A stretch of 63,184 nt of DNA, filler included, from Collodictyon triciliatum (lineage: Eukaryota): the NCBI GenBank assembly GCA_043381765.1. It is 8 parts of 8 records of this genome, joined end to end, with 100 filler letters (N's around TTAATTAATTAA, not from the genome) between each part and the next. Parts side by side here need not be neighbours in the genome. Positions count along the whole stretch, not along the records: positions 9,033 to 17,961 come from JBHJMP010003225.1; positions 18,062 to 26,989 come from JBHJMP010003226.1; positions 27,090 to 36,017 come from JBHJMP010003227.1; 5 more parts are not named here. One strand, 5' to 3'. The notes below the pieces were generated by a model that ran no database searches, was not told the DNA's origin, and saw only the letters and a list, made by a program, of their open reading frames with translations. The stretch's first letter is position 1; every line of letters starts with the position of its first letter. Positions 13,554-27,229 of this stretch are shown one piece after another. A program made the position numbers and the translations under genes.

Positions 13554-14700
13554 TACCATACGAAAGGAATCCACCGACGGTGAAAACGCTTGAAAGCTTC
13601 TTTAAAATAAAATAAAAATTATATTGCCTACAGCTTTGACCAATATCGTTCGATATATGAACGCCTTTTGCATTTTCTGCTGACATATTCATCAAGCACT
13701 CATCATATTGGTATTTTGATGCTCATTTAACTTATGGGGTTATGGTCTGTCTCATGTGGCAACCTTTGTCATAACTTTCCAATCATTTTGGTATCTCTGT
13801 CCAAGTAGTGTCTCGTTTTAGTAGAAAATTTTAATCCATCCGGTTGAAAGGTCATAAGGCCAAACCAAATTGTATGAAAATGAAAGTAACTAAAAATGAT
13901 GATGGAATCACTGAAAAGAAGTCAGTGATAGCGAGTTGGTCAGGCGAGCGACCCAACCGGTTGATTGGTTGTGTGGGTAGCAGGGGTTGGATATGCTGTG
14001 GGAGATATCGCACGACACATTCCCACATCTCTCTTCGCTTGCGGTCAGAGTAGCGAAGAATGCGGGCGTGTTTCAGCAGGCCGCGAACTCCCCAAAGTAT
14101 TCATAAAAAGGGGTCAGCGGAGAAGTGCTAAAATTATACATCCACTTATAGCATAGGTACGGAACCAGAGTACCAAAATAACAGAAATTATACCGTATAA
14201 AATAAATGATATAACTAGTATGATATAATATTACCGCATTAGATCCATTCCAATTTTAGCACCAAATGTCAAGCCGAAAGGGCGCTTCATATATATATAG
14301 CTGTGGGCACGCATAAATACGCCCAATTCCCAAGAGCCCTGCCCCGCCCTTTAGATCCCGAACGCGAGAGCCCGGCCCATATATAAACGCAGATGGCTCG
14401 AGGCCAATCGATCCCAAGCCGGAGGCGATTCTTTGTCTGTGCGGCCATAGATGCGAACGAATCAGTTCACGAGGGACAAACCCGGACAGCCGACCGTAGG
14501 CACCCGATCCTTGAGGAAGTGGCCCGGAGACAAGCCCGAGTTCCCAACCATACCCAGCGCTAACCCGACGCTTGGGCTGTCTGCCATCGACAAGAAACCC
14601 GCCTAGGGGAAAGAACTGTCAAGCACTTGCACACCTCCTCGTTAATTTGTATTCATTTTTTTATTTGATTAATTACTATTATTATTTTTGCTTCACACAG

Positions 14701-17100
14701 ATGGCTCGCTTCTCAAAGTCTCTCCTGGCTGCATGCCTCATCCTCGTGGCTGTTTCTCTGGCCGCCGCACTGCCCACCAGGTAGACTCTTACTTTCTCCC
14801 TGTCTTTCTTTCAGCCGCTCTTTGTATTCTTTTTTCTTCTCCTACTACTTTGTGTGCCCCATTTTTGACATTGAATTTTTTTTTCTCTCCATTCTTTCTG
14901 TACATAGAGAGCGCGCCTGTCCCACAAATCCGCGTGGGCCTGGAAAATACACTGCCACCATCCGCTTCGATGGAGGAAACAGGTAGCCGGTTTATTCTGG
15001 ACATTAATTAAGACTCTTAGCTGTATTTTCGTCTCTTATGATGCAGCGTAATTGTAACAAATCTTGATATTTACAATCAACTCACTCAACAAAAAATGAA
15101 GGAGAGAATAATGGCTCAGTTACTTTCTGGAATAGGGACTACATCCTCTATGTGCCCTCCACCTACCCAGGCTTCCATAGCCGTGGAACCCCTGTTCCTC
15201 TTTTCTTTGTGGTATTGCCTCTCTTTTACACAAGCTTTAAAGTCAATAAAACCATGGTTGTGGGCTCTGCTCCTATCATGCTGGTACTGCCCACAGAATC
15301 TCACTGTCCGAACAATGCCCTGTAGCTTCATGGCTTCAGCAACTCCATTGAAGAGACCTATGTCAACATGGGAGTTCAGAAAGTTACTGAGGAGAACAAC
15401 GGTACAATTGCTGTCGTTCCAGCTGGCCACCTTGCCTCATGGAACGGAGGAGCATGCTGCCCCCCTGCGGTTTGTGAAAGAATTACAAAACTTCTAATTG
15501 TATATTTTTTAAAGAAAAACGCACGGCCTGGCACCTCTACATCAATTTATAAGCTAGTCGTATAACTCGAGGGTTCTATTCCAAATGACACAGACATTCC
15601 TCAACAAAAATGATGTTGGCTTCATCCGCGAGCTGGCCAGAATTGTTGCTGCTGAGTTTTGCATTGACGCTGGGCGCATTTTTGCCGGTGGGTATTCCAA
15701 CGGTGGGTTCATGTCCCATCGCCTTGGCTGCCAGGCTTCTGACCTCGTACGTACTTTCATGCGAAACTGTTAAATGAAAATTCTATTTCATTTTTAAAAT
15801 ATAAGGGAGAGAGAACTACCACACATACAACATTCTCCATTTGAATATGAAGTATATGTCAGCAATGTTATATAAGAGTAGGATGGTTGAGTGTAACATT
15901 TTTTTTCCTTTATTCGATTCAAAGATGGTTGGGTGTAACATAAAGATTAATCTCTGAAAAATAACAGATTAGTGGCATCGGCCCTGTTGCTGGCCACCTC
16001 TCTGACGAGTCTGAGTTCCCATGCCGCCCCGTCAAGCAGATGCCTGTTGTGGTATGTACTCGAGTTCTTCATTTGTAAATCATGAAAATTGTTGGAACGC
16101 AACAGTACTTATCTGAAAGCCATTCACCGGAGATACGGCTGCTGTACTTTTTAATCCACCGATGCAATCTCAAAATCTAATAACTACTATTTCCTTTTTT
16201 TTTTTTTAAAAAAAAACAAAACAAAACAAACTAATAGCACTTCCATGGAACTGACGACCGCACCATTACCTACGACAAAGCTCCTGCTTCCTGGAAGCGC
16301 TGGGCCTCAATCAACACCGCCACCAATGGACCAAGAGTAAGCAATCACACAATTGGTCTAATGCTGATTATTGCCCGGTCTTCTCTGACACCATTCTATT
16401 CTCACTAGTTATTTTTTCCTATTGAATGATTTCAATAGTCACATACTCCCACGGGTTAATTCTGAATATCTGTTGATGCAAGTACACTTTTTGTTGCCCT
16501 AGGTCACTTATCAAAAGGGAACCGCAAAGTGCGAATCATACACTTCAAGTGGCTTTGGAGAGTCCACCCTTTGCACCATCCAAGGAGGCCCCCACGCATG
16601 GCCCGTATGTGTTGTTTGAGCTATTTTACATTTTTTTTCATTTTCTCTTCCTTTTTTCTTTTATCGAAGAAAGTTTGTGACGCCTATATTATTATTATTT
16701 GCTTGCGCCTATTCTTGACAGCAGCGTACTAAGGGCACCTTTTTTTAAATATCCAACGAATCAGGGATGCTCTTACTACGGAAGCGGTAAGCCTGGAAGT
16801 GGATCCGGATGCAATGGTGCTACACCTGACATCTACGCCACCGAGTACATGTGGTAAGAGTACATATTATCATCTTGTCAAGCTCTATGCGTTTGTACCA
16901 TCACACTTCTAACATGATGACCATATATCTTGTTTTTTCTTCTCCTGCAACAAAGGCGCTACTTCATGAGCCACTCAAAATCTGCTGGAATCCTGTCCCC
17001 TGAAGACCCACAAGTCCAGTTCAACCCCGATGATATCATCGAATCAGCTCTGGCCAATCGACTCTTCAATGAGTATCCTGTCTTCCTCGGAGATGAATAA
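14701..17100 (+). CDS. Secreted alpha/beta hydrolase of the LpqC / PHB-depolymerase / feruloyl-esterase type, multi-exon
   Basis: Signal peptide MARFSKSLLAACLILVAVSLAAALP; RDYILYVP; PLFFV|LHG; WNGGACCPPA; DVGFI; GYSNGGFMSHRLGC nucleophile elbow; HFHGTDD; GGPHAWP. Confidence 0.85.
15882..15941 (-). mobile_element. Micro-retroposon, family A: 24-nt insert with 18-bp TSD
   Basis: GATGGTTGAGTGTAACAT [TTTTTTTCCTTTATTCGATTCAAA] GATGGTTGGGTGTAACAT (17/18); in an esterase intron, antisense. Confidence 0.85.
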
Positions 17101-17678
17101 AGTCGCAGTAGAGTTAACAGAAAAAGGAAAGAAAAAGAAGAAGCATTCCTCCGCACATACCTGCCATATCTACACCGTGATTCTTTCATCTCTTTTTGAT
17201 TTGTTGAGCGAACCAGCAAGCCCACTTCCCATACGCCACATGTTGGTGTGACGACTCCCATGCGGGGCGTGCGAAACTCTCCTTGTGGCTGTTGGACTCT
17301 GTCCATTTCCCGGCCGAATGAATGGAAGAATGGAAGAATGATTGAATGAATCTCGTCCAATTTGCCCGGCCACATTCAATCGCAAGGAAATCACAAGCGG
17401 GACGCAAGAAGAGAGATGGAGCATTGAGAGAATTGGAAGGAGCGGAGCGTTTACTCGCTGTGTGGAGAATATCCAGAGGGCGAGAAAGGAACAAGTTCTG
17501 TGCAATGGTCGACGAAGGGAAGCTTAATGTGAAAGGGCATGATATGAATGCGTCGGGCTATTAAGGAATAGTTGAAAGGAAGAAAAAGAAAAGAAAAGAA
17601 GTCGATGGTTTAAGGGAGTGACTTTAGCCTTTTTAACAAAAGGAACAGACTAACCGGGCGAAGGCAGATCATAGGAGG

Positions 17679-17785
17679 ATGGGCGACGATCCGGTAGGGA
17701 AGGAAACAAGTGTCGACCTCACTGCCCCAGCAAGAGTTGGGCGTGACTTACAACTCTACAAGGATGGAGTGCGGCAAGCTGCTGG
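17679..17785 (+). CDS. First exon of a DIPP/DDP1-type Nudix hydrolase (remainder lost at scaffold end)
   Basis: MGDDPVGKETSVDLTAPARVGRDLQLYKDGVRQAAG|gtaagt matches the ARxGRxxQxY...GxRxxAG N-terminal motif of DIPP-family Nudix enzymes. Confidence 0.65.
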
Positions 17786-18086
17786 GTAAGTTATGCAAAC
17801 ACTCCTAGAGTTATCGAGTCAGCCCATATATATATAAAAGACAAGAAGCAATTATAAAGTGAGACAAAAAGCAAAAGTAAAAAGATTGGATGCCGTTTTT
17901 CATTCAATTCAGAATATTTATTATAATTCTTATTATTTTATCTTTATTTTATATCTCTATGNNNNNNNNNNNNNNNNNNNNNNNNNNNNNNNNNNNNNNN
18001 NNNNNTTAATTAATTAANNNNNNNNNNNNNNNNNNNNNNNNNNNNNNNNNNNNNNNNNNNNTATTCAAGAGTTAAACCGCAACACC

Positions 18087-18190
18087 CTCACTCACTCACT
18101 CACTCACTCACTCACTCACTCACTCACTCACTCACTCACTCACTCACTCACTCACTCACTCACTCACTCACTCACTCACTCACTCACTCA
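18087..18190. repeat. (CTCA)n microsatellite
   Basis: Direct inspection. Confidence 0.95.
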
Positions 18191-18734
18191 CATCACTGTG
18201 CACACCCACATAACCTATTTCTCTTATCCTCAAGTATTCGAGGATTACCTATGTGATTCGTTGTTTCCATCGACATATTTACAATATCTTGAATTTTGTC
18301 ACCTGTTGCTAGATTTATTGCTTCTTTTTCCTTTCAAAAAATAATGTTTAGTATGCAGATATTTTCTCAGATAATATTCATTTAAAAAATTTTATTACAT
18401 TGAATATTACTAACTTGAACTCGCTTTTTCTGTGGCTCCTTAAATTTTTATATTCACCTCTTGTTTATATTATCCCCGTTGACCTGACGATGAATTTTTT
18501 ATATCGCATTTGGCGCCTCGTGTGGGGATAATCGGTTGCGTCATTTACTTATTTATGACTCTTTGACATACATTGATATCATTCTTATTCCCAAACTGTA
18601 TCTTGGTCACAAATGATTCAATGCTCATCCATACGGGGAAAATACCAACTATATAACGTGATTGCGTATTTTGACATAATTGTGTACCTACTAAATTCGT
18701 TCCATTTTTTAAATTAAAAAATAAACAACTTCAG

Positions 18735-19318
18735 TGAAAGTAGAGGATCCTTTATTAAATAGGGCAAAGCCACCCCCGAGTCAGGTTACTAATACGACTT
18801 CACCTTTGGATAATGTATTTGTGGACCAAAAGAAAGGTGATTCAGCTTCGTCTGTTCGTCCAGTCATTATTCCCATTCTTTCAAAGAGGGAGGCATCTGG
18901 GAACATAGAAAAGGTCAAAAAGAGTGTCCGTTTTTCTGAAGAAAATGAAATAAGGTATATCGAAGCAAGATCGTCGGATACCATAGGCCTCGTGGATTAT
19001 GGAGACGATGATGAAGAGGATTGCGATGGTGAAGACGGCAAATCTGATCCAGACCAGAAGACAACTGGCGTTTTGGGTAAGACCACCTTATCAATGACCG
19101 GTCAGAAATCAAAACAAGGGGACTCTTATCTTGTGAAAGGGCGCCCTGGGGCAGAAACCCCTACGGAATCTGAGTCATCTACCCGGGGAGGAAAAGCAAT
19201 GGCATTCGGTCTCCTGTCCCATTCAAAGCGGTCAGGTGAAGAGGATGAAGAAGATGAATCGGCTCCCCCGAAGAAGAAGTCAACTCCCCGGCCTTTCTGG
19301 GCTGCACCAGATGAATGA
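18735..19318 (+). CDS. Terminal exon of an unknown protein with a disordered acidic/basic tail
   Basis: CAG acceptor at 18732-18734, then ~194 open codons containing KKSVRF (RVxF-like) and GLVDYGDDDEED; upstream exons absent. Confidence 0.55.
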
Positions 19319-20005
19319 TCCACATAGTTATCCTTGTCTGAACATTATTCAAATCGCTGCTTTGAATGGTGGAAAATACCTATTTCTTGCTCTTGGTTGG
19401 ATTTCACCCTTCCACCACAATTATGTTGTCTGTCATCTCTTTTCTGTTGCTATGCAGTTAGAAAAAGAGAGATAGAAATACCAATAAAGTGACGTTCGAA
19501 GGGAAAAGTGGGGCGATATGCGTTGAATTAAAAGCGTGCTCGTTTTTATCGTCGAAATTATTTATTTGTTGCTATTTGTTATTTTTAATCACCATCGTCA
19601 TAATTATGATTATCATCTATGTAGAAAAAAGGAAGAAGAATCAAAGTAGGCCATATATTCCGGGCAATTGCACCATCATTTATCTTCAATTTATTCACAT
19701 CCAGGGTGCCATCAACATTTAGACATTCTCAGGCACAAGGTCATCGGAGACTCGGTATTTTTTTCTTGACACCACACGAACTACGACGCCGCAGAAATGT
19801 CGCAACAGGCTTGGTTCTGGATTTATATCATCCAATTGGCTTAAACGCTTAAAATGAGAAAAGGACATTCAAGCGTGTTGATATATTCATCAATAATAGT
19901 TGCAAAATTAAATGAATGATCATCATACTTTTTTTTAAAAAAATTTTTAATTATTATGGTGTCTCCTCAAACCAAGATTAAGCTAATGTAAGAAAAGTAT
20001 AAACC

Positions 20006-21103
20006 TTATTCGTCATAGAGTGTCAACTTGGCCAAGTGCTTTGAGTCCGAACAGTATGAGTTCAGGTAGCAAGGTAGCTGGGTTATTCCACGGGGTGCCC
20101 TCTTCATCTTATCGAAATCACTCAAGTAAAAGTAGAGATATGATAATTCCTTCAAGTTTGTAATCCAAGGAGGCAGTTCGGAGATCTGTTTTTCAAAAGA
20201 ATTCCGGTATATGAATAAAAAAAAGTATTTCTTAAATGAATAATAATAATAAAAAAACTCCCTTAGAAATGGTGGATATATTGATGAAATGATATGATTT
20301 TTTCCCCGTTATTCAGTCCACTCCTGATATGATTTGATTATCAAGTTAGTTCCGAATAGTCGGTGTATTAGACTTACTGGATTCCCAGCCACTCCAAGGC
20401 ACATCAAATTTGTCATATTCGATATATTTGGTAATGAGCTTAAGTGGTTAAATGAAAGCTCAAACGTATATAGGTTCGACAAGTTGGATATCTCATCTGG
20501 TAGGAAATGAATCCTGTTATTGGATAGATTGAAGGAACGAAGGTGCGACAACGTTGATATCTGTCTCGGCAATCCAGTCAGGTGATTTTGATGTGGATCA
20601 AATCTATCTAGATTCGTCAAGTTGGAAATCCCCTTGGGGATAGAGCTGATTTTGTTGGAGTGGAGGAGAAAGTGCCGAAGATTCTTCAGAAACCCAATCC
20701 TTGCAGGCAGATTTTCTATCAAATTATGATCGATGCGAAGGTCTTCCAGTCTTGTCAACACTGATATCCCATTTGGCAAGTCGATTAAACTATTATTGTT
20801 TGCCCGTAGAGTGCTCATGTGTGTTAGAGCTGAGATTCCGTTAGGAATGACACTCAGCTCATTGTAATGCACGTACAAGACTCTGAGATTTCTTAGCAAG
20901 GATATAGAGTCTGGTAAGGATTTCAACATGTTTTTGTGAAGAAAGAGTATCTTTAGGTTCTTCAGCAACCCAATCGACTCGTTGAGGGTGCTCAACTTCT
21001 TCTCAGATAAGTCCAAGAACGAGCAGTCTTCAAATTTTTCTGTACATGACCCCCACGCTCCTCCAAGCCTTTCGATTTCTGCTAAATCGCCAGTCGTGCT
21101 CAT
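20006..21103 (-). CDS. Leucine-rich repeat protein (about 10 typical 23-aa LRRs)
   Basis: Repeated LxxLxxLxLxxNxLxxLP; intron 20377-20186 (GTAAGT..CAG) joins AGNP|ISELPPWITNL. The 3' end is uncertain. Confidence 0.85.
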
Positions 21104-22077
21104 TTGTACAGTATATGTCGTAGTTATGTATGGTCTGATAGATGCTTCTTCCTAAAGTTGATTTCAAGGTATATTAAAAGGTAAATAAGAGATTATTAGA
21201 ATGACATTCAATGGTATTTTTAAACTGGGAGTTGAGAGAGAGAGAGGGAAAAACTGGTTCGGTCGTGATAAATTCTCCAAATGTCCTTAGACTTTCATCT
21301 CTTCATATTACTGTTCGTTCCTATGAGCCGAATCTGCAATTTGCAAATGCTATCTGTTTGTATGCTCTGGTAATAACATTTAAAAACGCAGAGCAAGCGA
21401 AACCGGGAGACGAACCTCGCACGATTATATACAGGACATCTACAAGGAACAACACGCATCCCAACTCACCGCAACAAATGAAATGAATGTGGTAGGAGAA
21501 CGAAATGAATGAGTTTCGAGAATGAATATGAATGAATTCCGAGAATGAAAACCAGACGGATTACAAAACTTTTATACAATTATGGAAAATATAAGTATAT
21601 ATCTATATAACTTTAATTATATGTTTATTTTATATAATTAGCTAAAATTATACAAATTATATGACATTTAATGTTATAATTGAAATATCCAGATGACGCA
21701 ACTAAACCACACAGCCACACAGCCACAACTCAATCCAGAAATATAGCCGTTTGGCACTTTCCCCATCCCCAAGACCTCTTTGAACGCTTCAAAAGCCAGT
21801 CGTCCCCGAGATGAAGTCAGATCACAAAATCGCTCACAGGCAGATTTGACGCACAGCCGCCAAACAACCAAACACCCAACAAGGTCAAAAAAGATGAGAA
21901 GAGGCAAACGAGGACAACGAGGACAACGAGAGACTCTGCAAACGCCTGTGTACTTTTACACGGCAGCGCGTTCCGACTCCCTTTCTCAAGCAGGAAGGAA
22001 GAGCACCGCACGACACTAACGCGGGACACTTGCAGCAAACAGAGCGTCGAAAGGCAAACGAACAAAAGCAGCGGAAC

Positions 22078-24613
22078 ATGGGCAAAGGAGCAAACAAGAA
22101 GCCAACCACGGCAGCCGAGACCGTCTTCACGTGGGACGAAGTCAAGAAACACAACACCCGCCATGACGCGTGGCTTGTCATCCGCGACAGCGTCTACGAT
22201 CTCTCCGCCTGGCCCAATCACCCTGGTCTGTCTTCCCCACTCCCTTAACAACCACCCAAGATGCTCGGCAGTGGATGTCCGTGTATTGATACCTTTTATG
22301 GTATGCTCAAGCGGAGTCTGACTCCTTTTGCCTACGATCCACAGGGGGCGACGTGCTCTTCCGCCATGCCGGGCTCGACGCAACAGACGTCTTCTCTGCC
22401 TTTCATCCGTCCTCTGCCTCGACGGTCTTGGCCGACTTCCGCATCGGCACCGTGGAGAAGACCGAAAGGAATCTCAAGACAGAGCAGTTTCAAAAGGTTT
22501 CCTACTTTTCTTTTCTTTTTTCTTTTTTTATTTTCTTTCCCCTTGTCCGTATCACCTTTCCCTCCATTCGAGAAGCATGCGAGAAAGCGACTGTTAGAAG
22601 AAAGGAAAAAAAAAAAAAAAAAAGAGAACAGCCTCGAAGTAGAGGAGGAAGAAGAAGTAACGAGCAAAGCTGCGAAAGGGCCTTCTGGGTGTTCCTCATG
22701 AACCCTTGTGTATTCCTGCAGGAGTATCGCGAACTGCGCAACAAGTTCCGGCAGCTGGGCTACTTTGAGGCCAGCCATCTCTACTACACCTGGAAGGTCG
22801 GCAGTAACGTCCTGATTCTGACTGCTGCAGTTGCTTTGGTGGTCGTGTATCAGCGCTTCTGGACAAACATGCTTTCGGCGTTTCTGCTCGGCCTCTTCTG
22901 GCAGCAGTGCGGTTGGTTGGCGCACGACTTTCTGCATCACCAGGTGCTTCATCTCGAGTTGTTTCTCTTTCTAAACATTCATGCCTTGCAGGCTTCTTTC
23001 TTTCATTCTCTTTCATTCTCTTTCATTCTCTTTTTCATTCTCTTTTTCATTCTTTCTCTCTTAACCCTTGCATAATAAGGGTGAAAGATTCATTCGAAGT
23101 ATCTTTTCAACATAGAAAGCATATTATGAGTTGATTTTCTACTAGCCTCTGTTTTTTTTCTTTTCCTTCTATTGATTTTTGCTCTGTTCTGAATTCTGTT
23201 GGCCACTCGCAGGTCTTCAAGAACCACACCTACAACAACCTAATGGGAATCCTCGTCGGAAATATTTTCCAAGCATTCTCTGGTATGTGAATTATCCCCA
23301 GGATTTATCTTTCACTTAGTACAAAAATCACATCATTCAGCCTTTCAGCCCGTCCCTCCGCACCACCTCAATTATCAAGCGATGAAGAGAATCCAGCACA
23401 CCAAACACTTCCAGCCTCCTCCCCGCCCAATAGCCTATCTTTTTAGTTTATCACTAAACTTCCCTTTAGTCAACTGGTGGAAGACCAAACACAACACGCA
23501 TCACGCCTTCCCAAATGTGCTGGAGCAAGACCCTGACATCGACACTGTCCCGCTTCTTGCTTGGTCTCGGGTATAAACGCAGTTTCCCTATCATTTTAAT
23601 AATCAGTCATCATCATATTCCCATTTTCAAAGTCTTTGATACCATGACATCACACTGAATCTCATTAAATCAATACACTCTTTGTTTCTTCGCCATTCAA
23701 CCATCCCATATCATCATGTAATAGGAAATGGCCCTTCAAGGAATCAAAGAGTACAATTCGCCCTTCACTCGCTTCCTCCTCCGCGCCCAACCATATCTGT
23801 ACTTCCCCTTCCTTACATTCGCCCGCCTCAACTGGAGCTTCCAGAGCCTGCTGCATGTTCTCAAGACAATGCCCGAGAACGCGATTCTGGAACTCACCGG
23901 CCTCGCCGTCCACTGGGGACTTTACCTCTATCTGATGGGCCAGTATATGGACATCGTCACATCGATTCTCTACTTCGTCATAAGCCAGGTACTTATCACA
24001 TCTTGGATCGTGTTTGACTTACTCGAAACTACTTTCGCTCTTGACAATCTATTTAAACAACATGGTACCACTCACATGAACACACGAACTGTCATTTGAT
24101 GCGCAGGGTTCATGCGGTCTGATGCTTGCACTTGTCTTTTCTGTCGGACATAACGGAATGGCCGTATTCCCAGAGAAGACGATGGACTTTTGGACCATGC
24201 AAATCCTGGTAACCACATTCTTTCCCTTTCGTGCCACCTTGTTTGTATTGGATATGATAGTTGTCTTAGGCAGTAGATATGGGGCACGGCCGGGCCGACT
24301 TATGCTTATCGCCCCTCATATTTTTTTTTTGGTGGCTCTCTCTCTCTCATACATACACACATATTTATATGCTTGCCTGCAGAGCACTCGCGACATTACG
24401 GGAAACTCCTTCATCCACTGGTTCATGGGTGGACTGCAGTTCCAGGTCGAGCACCATCTGTTCCCAACCATGCCGCGCCACCATCTCTACAAGACCCACG
24501 ACGAAGTCCGTGCCCTTTGCGAGCGCCACGGAATCAAATTCTACGCAACTGACCTCTGGACCGGAACCGTCGAGGTTCTCGAGACACTCTACGAGGTCAG
24601 CAAGCTCATCTAG
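22078..24613 (+). CDS. Front-end fatty acid desaturase (cytochrome b5 fusion, delta-5/6/8 class), multi-exon
   Basis: Cytochrome b5 HP|GG; His boxes HDFLHH, HNTHH and QVEHH ([13 protein letters not shown]). Regiospecificity cannot be read from the sequence. Confidence 0.93.
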
Positions 24614-25051
24614 GCCTTGTCGGACAGCAGCTCTTCGCCACCGCGCCCAATAACAACACCACAACCAACCAGATTCAGCCTCGGACATATTCACAGCAAT
24701 CGTGAGGATTAATTAAATTCTGATGGACACCAAACGGCCGACATTGCCTTTGTGTGAGGAGCCGGGACTCTGTCAAATAACCCCTGAAGTCGACGCTCGG
24801 CTATCTATACGCTTGTCCTGCTTGGTGCACCTAGTCTTATCTTTTCTTTCTCCTTGTGATGGCACGTTTGGTTCTGTGTGTCCAGTGGGCGGGACGGAGC
24901 GGAGCAAACGCGTATGCAAGACATATACTTTTATGAAAGCTGAGCCGATGAAAGTGTCTATGGTATTGTGAGACAGAGAATATTAGCGGGGCGCGTGGGT
25001 TTGGGCGGAATGGGAGGGAAGACGGGCGACAAGTGATGAGATAGGCCAGAG

Positions 25052-26720
25052 TCAGGCGAAGAACGGAGAGTCAGGGCAGGCAGACACCAGGATTTGTGGG
25101 GCGGCAAATTGCGAGTCCTGCGCAAGGAGGCCGACGAGCGATGGAAGGTGGGCCGGGGACGCATGCCAGGAACTGAGTACGCGGGGGCTGGACGGGGCGG
25201 TTCGCGGGGATTCTGGCGGGGAGCTTTGGGCGGGGCGGGACCGGGCGATGGAGAGTCGACGGAAGCCCTCGTGGATGGTTGGTGCGACGCCTCGGCTGTC
25301 GAATCTGTCGGTGCGAGTAGTGTTGTTTTGCAGAGTGAGCAGCAGAGGCGGAGAGTAAGAGCGAAGCGATGGAAGAAGGAATGTGGGGAGAGGGGGTGAG
25401 AGAGGAGAGCCATTGTCAATAGAAGGGCTTACTCATCGTGGTCGTAGTTTTCGAGGATGTAGTTCAGTTGCTCGATGGATATGTCGGGGCAGACCTATGA
25501 AAGTAGGGGATGCATTTTAATGTGGAGAAAAAAAAAAAGGACATACTTCCTTAATTCAAATACATGTGATTTATGTATTTATATTTATTTATTTTTTAGA
25601 AAAAAAAACAACAGAACAAAGGCTGGATGTGATATGCACTGTGTACCTCCCGAAACGTGGGATTAGGCTCCTGCTTCTCGTTGAGAATAGTCTCTTTGGG
25701 GAGGGTGAGTGCATCCGCGATTTGACGGGNNNNNNNNNNNNNNNNNNNNNNNNNNNNNNNNNNNNNNNNNNNNNNNNNNNNNNNNNNNNNNNNNNNNNNN
25801 NNNNNNNNNNNNNNNNNNNNNNNNNNNNNNNNNNNNNNNNNNNNNNNNNNNNNNNNNNNNNNNNNNNNNNNNNNNNNNNNNNNNNNNNNNNNNNNNNNNN
25901 NNNNNNNNNNNNNNNNNNNNNNNNNNNNNNNNNNNNNNNNNNNNNNNNNNNNNNNNNNNNNNNNNNNNNNNNNNNNNNNNNNNNNNNNNNNNNNNNNNNN
26001 NNNNNNNNNNNNNNNNNNNNNNNNNNNNNNNNNNNNNNNNNNNNNNNNNNNNNNNNNNNNNNNNNNNNNNNNNNNNNNNNNNNNNNNNNNNNNNNNNNNN
26101 NNNNNNNNNNNNNNNNNNNNNNNNNNNNNNNNNNNNNNNNNNNNNNNNNNNNNNNNNNNNNNNNNNNNNNNNNNNNNNNNNNNNNNNNNNNNNNNNNNNN
26201 NNNNNNNNNNNNNNNNNNNNNNNNNNNNNNNNNNNNNNNNNNNNNNNNNNNNNNNNNNNNNNNNNNNCGATTAACGGACTAGGTTCTATCTGCATTTGGA
26301 GGGTATTGTGAGCTACCAGGAATAACTGGCATTCAAAGTGAACAAAAATGAATGAAACAGACGACTCTTGTGAGAACAATTGTAAATATTACTCTGTGTT
26401 CGTAGCGTAACACTGTTCTACAATGGGGTTCTATACATAACTTAATAAACCTATTGTGATAAGTTATTCGGTTCATAATATACCTGGTCAGATTCCTTGT
26501 CTGGATTCAGTTGTGAACCAAGCTCGAATTCATCGGGGAGGTGGTCTTCCTTTACATCAAGAGCCTCGCAAAGAGCTGCAGACTCTGTTACAGACCTTTC
26601 ACTTTCAGCTTTAGTCGTATCTGTTGAATCGATAGATGGAAGTGGAGTGCGATGAGGTCTTTGTATTGTAAGCGAATGGTTCAACGAAGCCATCTTTGGA
26701 GATAAACCATGACCTAGTTC
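25052..26720 (-). CDS. C-terminal part of a DIL (Dilute) domain protein; exons above the 25730-26267 gap are tentative
   Basis: Spliced RQIADALTLPKETILNEKQEPNPTFRE|VCPDISIEQLNYILENYDHDE|FDSRGV...PFFA* resembles the DIL C-terminal consensus (RQ..d.L.lpK...CP.Ls..Ql..lL..y.pDEF). Confidence 0.6.
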
Positions 26721-26891
26721 TGCATTACATCAAGGTTACAGATGATGAATAGACACGAAATGTTTTTTTTTCTTAGTTCATTTCAAAAACGACAAAAAAT
26801 CTTGGTTGGATAAAAATTCATTCTGGACTACTTATCGGGCATTTCATTTTTTTCAGGAGGGTAAGTATTTGTCATCGAGCCCCCTTTCCCA

Positions 26892-26989
26892 AAAGAAAAA
26901 AAGAAAAAAAGAAAAAAAGAAAAAAAGAAAAAAGAAAAAAAGAAAAAAAGAAAAAAAGAAAAAAAGAAAAAAAGAAAAAAAGAAAAAAA
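26892..26989. repeat. A-rich (AAAAAAAG)n simple repeat at contig end
   Basis: Direct inspection. Confidence 0.9.
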
Positions 26990-27089
26990 NNNNNNNNNNN
27001 NNNNNNNNNNNNNNNNNNNNNNNNNNNNNNNNNTTAATTAATTAANNNNNNNNNNNNNNNNNNNNNNNNNNNNNNNNNNNNNNNNNNNN

Positions 27090-27205
27090 TATTATGATTA
27101 TTATTATGATTATTATTATGATTATTATTATGATTATTATTATGATTATTATTATGATTATTATTATGATTATTATTATTATGATTATGATTATGATTAT
27201 GATTA
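27090..27205. repeat. (ATT/ATG)n compound microsatellite
   Basis: Direct inspection. Confidence 0.9.
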
Positions 27206-27229
27206 TCGTGTCATTGAATTTCGTCTCAC

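Noticed and set aside
16195-16216. T-run/A-run palindromes (also ~35085 and ~43088) as hairpin elements or terminators
   Set aside because: Low-complexity intronic homopolymers, common in AT-rich genomes.
18735-19318. GLVDYGDDDEED suggesting a PP4R3/SMEK C-terminus
   Set aside because: The motif is short and shared by unrelated proteins; no symbol assigned.
24958-25419. Pro-rich 153-aa minus ORF from the ORF track
   Set aside because: Splice phase from the DIL exon puts the real exon in another frame, ending at 25052.
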